DNA of 22,199 bases from Candidatus Hermodarchaeota archaeon (GTDB lineage: Archaea; Asgardarchaeota; Hermodarchaeia; Hermodarchaeales; Hermodarchaeaceae), in NCBI GenBank assembly GCA_016840065.1, contig JAEOTB010000083.1, positions 1-22,199 of the forward strand, given 5' to 3'. Under the pieces are notes generated by a model. That model was not told the DNA's origin. It was given only the letters and a program-made list of their open reading frames with translations, and ran no database searches. The position numbers were made by a program, and so were the translations under genes. Below are positions 7,560-15,594 of the stretch, in pieces; position 1 is the stretch's first letter; each line of letters opens with the position of its first letter.

Positions 7560-9212
7560 ATGCCCAAGTTCATTTTTGTTACCGGTGGCGTTTTATCCGG
7601 AATTGGCAAAGGAGTTACAACAGCCAGTATAGCCAAGCTTCTCCAGTTCCGCGGATACAAGGTAGATCTGGTGAAAATCGATCCATATTTGAACGTGGAT
7701 CCAGGTACGTTGAACCCAGTAGAGCATGGTGAACCCTTTGTCACCGACGAGTTGTACGAGTTCAGCCCAGCACCAAGCTTCACCTACCGGACTGCAGAGG
7801 TGGACCAAGATTTCGGCACATACGAAAGGTTTGTTGGACGCCCCATTCATCCTCGCAACAACATCACCTCCGGACAAATTTACTTGAGCGTGATACTTCA
7901 GGAACGTCTTGGGAAGTTTCTTGGCTCCACTGTGCAGATAATTCCCCATATTACGAACGAGATTAAAAGACGAATACGTGAAGTCGCAAAGGCCCAGAAA
8001 CTGGATGTAATACTAGTCGAGGTCGGAGGAACAGCAGGAGATATCGAGGGAGCCCCCTTCCTTGAGGCAATCCGTCAGTTCCGTTTAGAGGTGCCCCGAC
8101 AAGACACATTACTTGTCCACGTAACCCTAGTCCCCTACCTACCAGCTGTTGATGAGATGAAGACCAAACCCACCCAGCACTCCGTGAAGGAATTACTCTC
8201 CGTTGGACTACAGCCTGACTTGATTGTTGCACGGAGTAAAAGACAGCTCACTGATTCCGCACGCCAAAAAATCGCCCTATACAGCAACATTTCCAAGGAG
8301 GCCGTCATCTCGAATCCTGATTTAGAGGAGATATACGAACTACCACTCCGGTTTTATGAGCAGGGGCTTGATGCCTACATTTTGCAGCGCCTGGAACTAG
8401 TAGCAGGACCACCCAAAGCCATGGAGAAATGGCGAGAAATAGTAGAGCGATTCACCAAAACCAAGGACAGCATCCGAATCGCTATGGCAGGTAAGTATCT
8501 AAGAATGGGAGACACATACATCAGCATCTGTGAAGCCCTACGCCATGCTGGAGCCCAGGAAGGTGTTTCCGTAGAAATTGACATGGTTGATACTGAGGAG
8601 ATGGAACAGAACCCCTCTATTCTCAAAGGATTGAAGAAGTATCATGGTGTGTTATCGACTCCAGGTTTTGGATCAAGAGGAACCGAGGGAATGATTGAAA
8701 CCGCTTGGAAATGTATCGAGGAGGATATACCTTACTTGGGTATTTGTTTTGGCAGCCAGATGCTATTTAGTGCGTTTTGTCGATATGAGTTAGGACTCAA
8801 AGGGGCAAATAGCACCGAGATTAATCCCGATACACCCCATCCAGTTGTGGATTTGTTACCTGAACAGCGACAGGTTACTGAAAAGGGAGCTTCAATGCGG
8901 CTGGGTGGACATACAATCCTTGTGAAGCCAAAGACACTCCTGTTCGCTGCCTACAAGAAGAAGAAAATACGTGAACGTTTCCGCCATCGATACCACCTAA
9001 TGCCAGAATATGTAGAGAAGGCATGTGAAAAAGGACTTGTACTATCAGCTACTGATGAAGAGGAACGAATCATAAATGCCATTGAAGTAAAAGGCAAGCA
9101 TTGGATTGTAGGTGTACAGTGCCATCCAGAATTCACATCACGTCCAGACGCTCCAAACCCCCTATATCTTGCCTTTATCCAGGCAATCCTTAAACAAAAG
9201 CGTCTAAAATAA
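7560..9212 (+). CDS. pyrG: CTP synthase (glutamine-hydrolysing)
   Basis: KFIFVTGGVLSGIGKG, KIDPYLNVDPGT, KTKPTQHSV, GICFG (catalytic Cys), RHRY and HPEF. Confidence 0.98.
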   Translation: MPKFIFVTGGVLSGIGKGVTTASIAKLLQFRGYKVDLVKIDPYLNVDPGTLNPVEHGEPFVTDELYEFSPAPSFTYRTAEVDQDFGTYERFVGRPIHPRNNITSGQIYLSVILQERLGKFLGSTVQIIPHITNEIKRRIREVAKAQKLDVILVEVGGTAGDIEGAPFLEAIRQFRLEVPRQDTLLVHVTLVPYLPAVDEMKTKPTQHSVKELLSVGLQPDLIVARSKRQLTDSARQKIALYSNISKEAVISNPDLEEIYELPLRFYEQGLDAYILQRLELVAGPPKAMEKWREIVERFTKTKDSIRIAMAGKYLRMGDTYISICEALRHAGAQEGVSVEIDMVDTEEMEQNPSILKGLKKYHGVLSTPGFGSRGTEGMIETAWKCIEEDIPYLGICFGSQMLFSAFCRYELGLKGANSTEINPDTPHPVVDLLPEQRQVTEKGASMRLGGHTILVKPKTLLFAAYKKKKIRERFRHRYHLMPEYVEKACEKGLVLSATDEEERIINAIEVKGKHWIVGVQCHPEFTSRPDAPNPLYLAFIQAILKQKRLK

Positions 9213-9218
9213 CCAAGG

Positions 9219-9698
9219 TTGATGAGAATGACACCAGACGATAAACCCCGAACACACCGTCCAACAGTAGACGAATATTTCTCACAATTCGCAGAGTTAG
9301 CTGCTACAAGATCTAGCTGTATCCGCCGCCAAGTAGGTGCGGTTTTGGTTAGAGATAAGCACATCCTAAGCACCGGTTACAACGGAGCCCCAACGGGTCT
9401 TGTCCACTGCACACCAAAGACTTGCCTTAGGCTCCAAGCTGGTGTGAAACCAGGAGAACGTCACGAGTTGTGCCGAGGTGTTCATGCGGAACAGAACGCA
9501 ATAATTCAATGCGCTCTTCACGGTGTTAGCAGCCGTGGAGCAACCTTGTATTGCACTGACACGCCATGTACGATTTGTGCGAAGATGCTCATCAATGCAG
9601 GTATCAAGCGAGTTGTTGTGAAACGCCGTTACCCAGATGATGCTGGAGTAAAGATGCTTAAAGAGTCAGGTATCAAAGTCAAGTTTATTGAGAAATAA
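9219..9698 (+). CDS. dCMP deaminase / ComEB-like zinc-dependent deaminase
   Basis: [24 protein letters not shown] and PCTIC; 6 nt after pyrG. Likely start is ATG 9228 after AGGTTGA. Confidence 0.9.
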   Translation: MMRMTPDDKPRTHRPTVDEYFSQFAELAATRSSCIRRQVGAVLVRDKHILSTGYNGAPTGLVHCTPKTCLRLQAGVKPGERHELCRGVHAEQNAIIQCALHGVSSRGATLYCTDTPCTICAKMLINAGIKRVVVKRRYPDDAGVKMLKESGIKVKFIEK

Positions 9699-9744
9699 GC
9701 TCAAACTTCTCGCAAAGGAGAAATAGTTCTGGTTAGATTTTTTC

Positions 9745-10128
9745 CTAGGCTGAGTGAAAACGCTTCGCTGCATCGACTAGATAGTCCGTCAGTGGTTCTA
9801 TCTCAGAGCTATTCTTCGTCATAACTAGGAAGATAAGCTGCTGCTCACCGCCCACTATTACTAGAACAGAACCTTGTCCCTTTAGAACAAGAGTGTCCAT
9901 CGGTCCTGCTCCAGCCTGTGAGACAACTACCTGAGCAGAATGAGCAAGGGCAGCTGTATTACCAGCTAAAAGATGGGGATTAACTTTGGTTGGCATTTTC
10001 TGATCAATCACCAAACCCTCTTGACTGACAACAGCCCATCCCTTTACACCATGTAACTTCTCAAGCCCCTGGATTATCTCTCGAAGAATCCCGGTGCGTT
10101 TTTCATCAGAAATTACAGACCTAGCCAT
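9745..10128 (-). CDS. Roadblock/LC7 (MglB-like) domain protein
   Basis: GVKGWAVVSQEGLVI...LLAGNTAALAHSAQVV...GPMDTLVLKGQGSVLVIV pattern; 127 aa. Confidence 0.88.
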   Translation of the reverse strand: MARSVISDEKRTGILREIIQGLEKLHGVKGWAVVSQEGLVIDQKMPTKVNPHLLAGNTAALAHSAQVVVSQAGAGPMDTLVLKGQGSVLVIVGGEQQLIFLVMTKNSSEIEPLTDYLVDAAKRFHSA

Positions 10129-10231
10129 TATAATCCCACAATAGACTAAACTTTGTAGGTTAGAGTATATTAAATGTGTGTTCTTCTCTATCTTGCCTTT
10201 GTATTATTTAGAAATTATGAGGAGAAGTATC

Positions 10232-10822
10232 ATGGCAATTCCCGAGCGTTTTGACCTTTGGTCTTGGCCAAAGTGCAAAGATAAGGTACGGACCCTTCCA
10301 GGGCGGCTTGGTTTTCCAAAAGTGAACACTCTGCGAGTTCTGGGGTTTGAGGTGAATCTTTCTGATGGTAGTGTTTTTGACGATATCAAGAACAAGCAAT
10401 ATGAACATGCCCCTGACTTTATCCTCTTCCTTCTGGCGTTTTATTCGACTGCAAAAGAGGTGCCTCTTACTGGGCAGCTGATTAGTTATCGGAAAATATC
10501 GGGTGGTCGTGCTTACGATCCTGTCTTTCAAGGGCGTGCTGTTGGACCTATTGCTCGGAAATTAGGTGATAAACCAGATGATTTTACAAATGCTGCTAAG
10601 GCTCTGGGCGGAACGCCTTTTGATCAAGGTGATATCGCCTATGTCATTCCAACGTTGCCTTATACTCCTTTAACTTACATTCTTTGGCTGGGTGATGAGG
10701 AGTTCCCTGCTCGTGCTCAGATATTGATGGATGATACTATGGAGAATTTTCTTGATGCGGAAGCTGTGTCCCATCTAGCTGAGGTCACTTCGCGGCGGCT
10801 TGTATCCATTGCATTGATGTGA
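10232..10822 (+). CDS. DUF3786 family protein
   Basis: PLTGQLISYRKISGGRAY..F, LPYTPLTYILWLGDEEFPARAQILMD. Start moved from the track's 10178 to ATG 10232, which follows GAGGAG. Confidence 0.85.
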   Translation: MAIPERFDLWSWPKCKDKVRTLPGRLGFPKVNTLRVLGFEVNLSDGSVFDDIKNKQYEHAPDFILFLLAFYSTAKEVPLTGQLISYRKISGGRAYDPVFQGRAVGPIARKLGDKPDDFTNAAKALGGTPFDQGDIAYVIPTLPYTPLTYILWLGDEEFPARAQILMDDTMENFLDAEAVSHLAEVTSRRLVSIALM

Positions 10823-10868
10823 GCTTTGTCTGGTTGCGAACTGGTTGGTGACCTGTTCGTTATTGGTC

Positions 10869-10875
10869 TTTTTTT
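10869..10875 (+). terminator. Oligo-T archaeal terminator
   Basis: T7 tract within a pyrimidine run about 46 nt after the DUF3786 stop. Confidence 0.5.
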
Positions 10876-10892
10876 CCTTCCTCCACGTATGT

Positions 10893-10911
10893 GTATATAC
10901 CTACTATATAC
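10893..10911. promoter_or_regulatory. AT-rich inverted repeat / candidate protein-binding site
   Basis: GTATATA-CCTAC-TATATAC; can also be read as TATATAC direct repeats 11 bp apart. Confidence 0.4.
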
Positions 10912-11004
10912 ATACTAATATTCCATAACGTATTCAGGGTTTCTCAAATATATCCCCAAGTTATATATGTTAAACAGTGTGGGTATATACTCGGTGGATT
11001 ATGT

Positions 11005-11274
11005 ATGAGTATCCCTCGTGTCACCACACAAACAAGCACAACACCCCAACTTCCAGGACACACATTCAAGCTAGTCAAAGTAATCACAACCACCAAGGAC
11101 AACGAAGGCCGAGATGTTCACTCCCTCACAGTTTATCTCGAACACCTTGTTGACGGCACACCACAACGCACCAAAGTTGCCAACCTCACCCTCCAACCCA
11201 CCGAAACCCTAGAAGAAACTCCCCAACTAGCTTGGCAATCTTACGTGGAACGCGATCACTCTCAAGACGCCTAA
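11005..11274 (+). CDS. Small hypothetical protein (89 aa, Thr-rich, beta-strand-like)
   Basis: ATG 11005 follows GGTGGA. The track's upstream extension is AT-rich promoter-like DNA. The strong A/C bias lowers confidence. Confidence 0.55.
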   Translation: MSIPRVTTQTSTTPQLPGHTFKLVKVITTTKDNEGRDVHSLTVYLEHLVDGTPQRTKVANLTLQPTETLEETPQLAWQSYVERDHSQDA

Positions 11275-11357
11275 TCCTTGGAAGAACCTCCAATGGATAT
11301 GCCTCTAGCGTTCCTAGAGCTATCTAGTCCCCTAACTTTCAATTTCTCGAACTATTT

Positions 11358-12362
11358 CTATTCTCTAAAATGTGGAAGAATACCTTCGCTAGCAAGCTCC
11401 ATAGACTGACGTTTCTTGGGACCAATAGGGGAGCCAAAGATGAATTGTGTGATGCCGATTTTTTCTAGAGCCTTGATTTTTTCTAGACATTCATCCGGTG
11501 TTCCACGGATGCAGAAGGACTCTAGCATTTCTTCTGTCACCGCACCGAAGGCTCCTGGGAAGTCACCTTTTGTCAGGGGACCAGATACTTTCTGAGCTGA
11601 CTCGGGAGAGATACCATGCCGCTCTAATACAACTGGTGGTGAACCTGCCACAATGAAAGCGACCACAGGTGTAGCTGCCTTTGTTGCTTTCTCTGGTTTC
11701 TTAGCAACTGAAACACTAGCATAAGCCCCGATATCAACATCAGTGAGGGTTCGACCTGCTTTTTCTGCTCCCTTCTTAATCAGGGGGACCGCGTATTTGA
11801 AGTCTCGAGGATGTGAGGCATTGATTAGTGTTCCTTGCCCTAGTTCACCCGAAAGCTGAAGCATCTTAGGTCCTTGTGCACCAATGTATATTGGTAATTC
11901 ACCAGTCTTATCAAAGGCTAATTTCGCTTTCTCTACTGAGAATATTTTCCCTTCAAATCCCTTAATCTTGCCCTTATCAAACAATGTACGGAATATCTGA
12001 ACACTTTCCCGCACCGCCGTTAATGGCTTGCTCCTTTCAATGCCCAGATGACCCAGCGTGATCTTATCGCCCGCACCGATTCCCAGTATTGCCCGACCAC
12101 CAGACAGGTTGTCTAAAGACATCAAGGTAGACGCTGTTTGTATGGGATTAATCAGGTATGGGTTCGTCACTCCAGGTCCAAGTTTGATAGTGTTTGTATA
12201 ATTTGCCAACAGGCTGAGAATCACATAGACAGAGCGGTTATTGAAATGATCTGTGATCCAGACAAAGTCAAAACCGAATTTCTCCGCCAATATTCCCAAG
12301 GCTGTTGTCTGCCAGTAGGCTTCTTGGGGAACGAATTCTACTGCGAAACTCAATGAAGACAT
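11358..12362 (-). CDS. mer: F420-dependent 5,10-methylene-tetrahydromethanopterin reductase
   Basis: WITDHFNNR, LGPGVTNPY, IYIGAQGPKML, LINASHP and FGSPIGP. Confidence 0.93.
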   Translation of the reverse strand: MSSLSFAVEFVPQEAYWQTTALGILAEKFGFDFVWITDHFNNRSVYVILSLLANYTNTIKLGPGVTNPYLINPIQTASTLMSLDNLSGGRAILGIGAGDKITLGHLGIERSKPLTAVRESVQIFRTLFDKGKIKGFEGKIFSVEKAKLAFDKTGELPIYIGAQGPKMLQLSGELGQGTLINASHPRDFKYAVPLIKKGAEKAGRTLTDVDIGAYASVSVAKKPEKATKAATPVVAFIVAGSPPVVLERHGISPESAQKVSGPLTKGDFPGAFGAVTEEMLESFCIRGTPDECLEKIKALEKIGITQFIFGSPIGPKKRQSMELASEGILPHFRE

Positions 12363-12444
12363 TCAAAATCATTCCTTGTGGTCTGCTAATTCTTTCATTT
12401 AGTGCTCTTTTACGTTAAAAAGAGATGGGGTGTTAGAAAAGAGA

Positions 12445-12482
12445 GGATTTGGAGGCGTAGCCGAGGCATTCGCCTCCATTCC
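12445..12482 (-). terminator. GC-rich stem-loop followed by a pyrimidine tract
   Basis: TGGAGGCG/CGCCTCCA 8-bp stem with inner GCC/GGC and outer GGA/TCC, 8 nt after the stop of the 107-aa ORF, followed by TCTCTTTTCT on the minus strand. Confidence 0.6.
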
Positions 12483-12490
12483 GTGAGGGG

Positions 12491-12814
12491 TTAAGCACTT
12501 ACGGTGAGTGTTGTTAGTGCCTTGGCAATCTCCTCTGCAGCCATAACTCCACCTAGAATATCGCCGATGACGTCGAGGGTCTTTGTTGGCTCTGCTCGTA
12601 GAGCGCAGTTAAAGAGGGTTTCGAGGCCCATCTCGGTTGCGAGTAGATCATGCATCATCAGGTGCAGGACCATTTTTGCCTCCCGAGCTGGGACTGCCTT
12701 TGATTGTTTTGTTTTCAGGAGTAGGTCGAGTAAGGCTGTGGATACGGGTTCCCGGTGGTCTTGGGGGATCATGCCGATGAATTTTCTTATTCCAGAGGTC
12801 ATTTTTATCATCAA
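12491..12814 (-). CDS. Small all-helical hypothetical protein
   Basis: Amphipathic helices; own TATA box and 3' hairpin. Likely start is ATG 12802 (MTSGIRK). Confidence 0.75.
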   Translation of the reverse strand: MMIKMTSGIRKFIGMIPQDHREPVSTALLDLLLKTKQSKAVPAREAKMVLHLMMHDLLATEMGLETLFNCALRAEPTKTLDVIGDILGGVMAAEEIAKALTTLTVSA

Positions 12815-12875
12815 CCTAGGAGCCGATTCGTATCGACCCGTTATATCGTCCTTACAGTATCATATATACTATGGA

Positions 12876-12885
12876 TATATATAAG
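12876..12885 (-). promoter_or_regulatory. TATA box for the small helical protein gene
   Basis: Minus-strand CTTATATATA about 75 nt upstream of the likely start. Confidence 0.5.
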
Positions 12886-12909
12886 CGTTACTAGTGTGCG
12901 CAGAAAACC

Positions 12910-12925
12910 CTTTACATATGTAAAG
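12910..12925. promoter_or_regulatory. Perfect 16-bp palindrome, candidate transcription-factor site
   Basis: CTTTACAT|ATGTAAAG, intergenic, 24 nt upstream of the TATA box. Confidence 0.55.
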
Positions 12926-13033
12926 CAAAATAGGAAATGGTAATGAATATAGGATATAATTGTTAGAAATTAGTCAGCGAAACCTTTTCCAGTAAGGGAG
13001 GCTAGTTTGGTACCACAATTCTTTGTCAATAGA

Positions 13034-14191
13034 TTAGGATTCGCTAGAATCTCTATCAGTCTTCTCGGGCTTGGGGCGTCTGCCTTGTTTCCGACGGGGC
13101 TTGGGTGGTGGACGGTGAACCTCCATTGCCCGCCAAACCGCTACCTCAGCTACACGGGAAGCAGCGCAAGCCACCATGTGAAATGATTGAAAGACCTGCT
13201 CAATCAATCTGAGGGAAGCCTGAAGCTCCTCTAGCTTCTCTTTAGATTTCGGCGATGAGCCTTTAGCGATTTCTAAATAGATTTCTGAAAGGTGCTGATC
13301 TAATAATCGCTCAGCGGTTTTCTGTAATGGTGCACACCCTTCGCTCCTACTCATAACCGTGCAGGCTACAATGTCATTGCGGGTCAAGAAGGCACTTGTC
13401 GCCTCCTCAACCAAGTCCAAGACAATCTTACCACTTTGTTGTGTTAAGGCTAGAATCTTTGGGGGACATTTACAATCGTTGATTGAAATGGCAGCATTAG
13501 CAATCACCTTAGCAGAAGCTGCCACCCTCTCAATGGCTTGAAGAAACAGACTGTAATTAATCGCGTCTATAGCCGTAACCCCGCTGCGCTGCATTATCTG
13601 GGGGTCAATCAAGTTACTTCGGAGCTGTTTGTTCACCAGGTAGTAGAATTGGTTTACATCCTCTTCCAGATTGATGACTGTCCGGGCAAGGTTGGCATCG
13701 CCTTTTTGAAAAGCGCTGATAGCATCTTTTAACATCGAGTGGGAAATGGAATGAATGCGGTGGAGTGCGCGAGTCACATCCATCTCTGCGACTCTGGCCA
13801 CATTCTGTATTAGAAGCTGGGATGTGTCAGACTCCATTATCTGGTAACCTGTTAGGAAACGTAGGGTGTCACGAATGCGTTCTCCCAACTCTGAAGTCAT
13901 CACTTCAATGGAGACTATGCGAATCTCGTCGAAATCAGATAGATATGCCGCCACCATCCGTTGTTCAAGCAAGCCTTCGGGATCGTCTGGCTTGACCGTG
14001 AGCGTGATTTGACGTGGACTCTCACGCGACACAGCTTCCGGGTATAAGGCTAGACTACCATCTGGCTGAGGAATCAGAACTAAGCGACTGTCCTTGCTGA
14101 GGGCATACTTTTCAGCCCATTCCTTAGGCACACTAACCACAAGGGAGGACATCCCAAGTTTCATAACTTTCCGAACTTCCACGAAAATCAC
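13034..14191 (-). CDS. Archaeal phosphate-uptake regulator family (AbrB-like N-terminus plus PhoU domains)
   Basis: EVRKVMKLGMSSLVVSVPKEWA, AAYLSDFDEI, LTGYQIME, LEEDVNQFYYLV and IERVA. Start may be GTG 14182. Confidence 0.85.
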   Translation of the reverse strand: MIFVEVRKVMKLGMSSLVVSVPKEWAEKYALSKDSRLVLIPQPDGSLALYPEAVSRESPRQITLTVKPDDPEGLLEQRMVAAYLSDFDEIRIVSIEVMTSELGERIRDTLRFLTGYQIMESDTSQLLIQNVARVAEMDVTRALHRIHSISHSMLKDAISAFQKGDANLARTVINLEEDVNQFYYLVNKQLRSNLIDPQIMQRSGVTAIDAINYSLFLQAIERVAASAKVIANAAISINDCKCPPKILALTQQSGKIVLDLVEEATSAFLTRNDIVACTVMSRSEGCAPLQKTAERLLDQHLSEIYLEIAKGSSPKSKEKLEELQASLRLIEQVFQSFHMVACAASRVAEVAVWRAMEVHRPPPKPRRKQGRRPKPEKTDRDSSES

Positions 14192-14294
14192 CCCGTAAAT
14201 CCGTCTGGTTCATCACTAGTTCTATAACACCGTATATATCATTCTTATCAGCTAATTCTAAAAGTAAGGTTCACTGAATTAGCTGGTGGTTAAC

Positions 14295-14501
14295 ATGACT
14301 GAAAAAGCAAGTTTTACGGCAAAAGATGTTGTCAAAGGTAAGGTTAATCCAATGGCAGTTCCGTATCGGTTCGCTCTTCTCTACACGAAAAGCGTGTGGG
14401 GGGCCATCGAAGAGTTTGCTCAAGCACTCAACATCATGGCTAAGGCAGGGTGGGCGGTGCGTCAGTGCTGGGCTAACTTTGCTCTACTTGAAAAGGTCTG
14501 A
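14295..14501 (+). CDS. Small hypothetical protein (DUF4177-like GW motif)
   Basis: ATG follows GGTGG. ALNIMAKAGWAV resembles the LNxxGxxGWELV motif of small DUF4177/DUF1737-type proteins. Confidence 0.6.
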   Translation: MTEKASFTAKDVVKGKVNPMAVPYRFALLYTKSVWGAIEEFAQALNIMAKAGWAVRQCWANFALLEKV

Positions 14502-14664
14502 AAGAATAAATATCAGGAGTGATTCGTCAACGCTTTTCATTCGTTGAATAGTCTCTAGCTCGTGGGCAGTTATGGTGCTTTCTTCGCCTGCCGCTGACTG
14601 ATGAATACCTCTAGATATTCTAGGTGGGTAGATTCAGGTAATGACCCGACATGCTGCTCATCAC

Positions 14665-15495
14665 CTAAGTTGTGGGGCGTAACAGCTCAAGAAATGTTGA
14701 GTCACCTAGAAGCCCCATTTTTTTAGCGATGGCTTCTACAGCCTTAACAGCAGGACTCGAGTCGGGAAGATCCAACAGTGGTTTTCCTCTTAGATTGATG
14801 ACGGTTAACTCGTCGTCGGTAGGTACGAAGCCTACTAGTTTTAATCCCTCTTCAGAGAGTCTTCGTTCTAGGTCTTCGGAAACCTCTTCAATTAGGCTTG
14901 GGGGGAAACGGTTGGCGATGACGAATATTTGTTTGAAGTCTATTTGGACCTCCTTGGCTAGGTCACGAATACGGATGGCTGCATCAAAAGCCATGCTTGA
15001 GGGATCAATGACGATTATGAGAACATCGACGTCGCGGGTGGTGCGGCGGCTAAGGTGTTCAAGTCCCGCTGACATGTCCATGATTGTGATATCATAGTTT
15101 CTTGCGATGGTGTCAAGTATCTGTGAAAGGATTCTATTCACGTAGCAGTAACAGCCTTCTCCCTCGGTTCGCCCCATGGCAAGAAAATCGAACCGATCGT
15201 CTTCGACCAGAGCGTCAAAGACCTCGCCCTCCAGTACGTCCTGCTTCGAGACTTGCCCCCCGACTGCTCCTGCGTCGATATCTTTCCGCAGTTGAGTGGC
15301 TGCGTCGCCAACTGTCTGTTCAACTTTGACACCAAGTGTTTTTGGTAGGTTCATCACTGGATCAGCATCTACGATCAGGAGCGAGTGATTTGTATGTTTC
15401 ATCAGTGTTCGGACTAGAAGTGTTGTGATAGAGGTTTTACCAACACCACCTTTCCCGGAGACCGAGAGAACTAGTTTTTGCCGCATCACAATCAC
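14665..15495 (-). CDS. cooC: CooC/AcsF-type nickel-insertion ATPase for CODH/ACS
   Basis: Deviant Walker A SGKGGVGKT, VDADP, GEGCYC metal motif and AGLEHLSR; downstream of cdhE. Confidence 0.88.
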   Translation of the reverse strand: MIVMRQKLVLSVSGKGGVGKTSITTLLVRTLMKHTNHSLLIVDADPVMNLPKTLGVKVEQTVGDAATQLRKDIDAGAVGGQVSKQDVLEGEVFDALVEDDRFDFLAMGRTEGEGCYCYVNRILSQILDTIARNYDITIMDMSAGLEHLSRRTTRDVDVLIIVIDPSSMAFDAAIRIRDLAKEVQIDFKQIFVIANRFPPSLIEEVSEDLERRLSEEGLKLVGFVPTDDELTVINLRGKPLLDLPDSSPAVKAVEAIAKKMGLLGDSTFLELLRPTT

Positions 15496-15594
15496 TGCTT
15501 CTCCAAGCTACGATTTATTAGATGAACCTTTTGCTATTACCACGGGAATAGAAAGTGGTTAGGTAATGCTCGAGTCAAAGCCGAGTTCCTGGAT

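Noticed and set aside
10891-11004. N-terminal extension of the 127-aa ORF in the track
   Set aside because: AT-rich promoter-like DNA; an RBS supports ATG 11005.
11296-11326. CTCTAG/CTAGAG hairpin between convergent genes
   Set aside because: Only a 6-bp core; at most an ordinary 3' structure.
12445-12482. GAA...A internal loop resembling a Methanococcus-type SECIS on the minus strand
   Set aside because: The geometry is imperfect (2-nt apical loop, extra bases) and the upstream ORF has no in-frame UGA and ends in TAA; better explained as a 3' hairpin.
14634-14664. Minus-strand GTGATGA...CTGA resembling a C/D box sRNA
   Set aside because: No C' box or terminal stem, and I could not match the guide to rRNA or tRNA; AGGTGAT also resembles a common RBS-like sequence.
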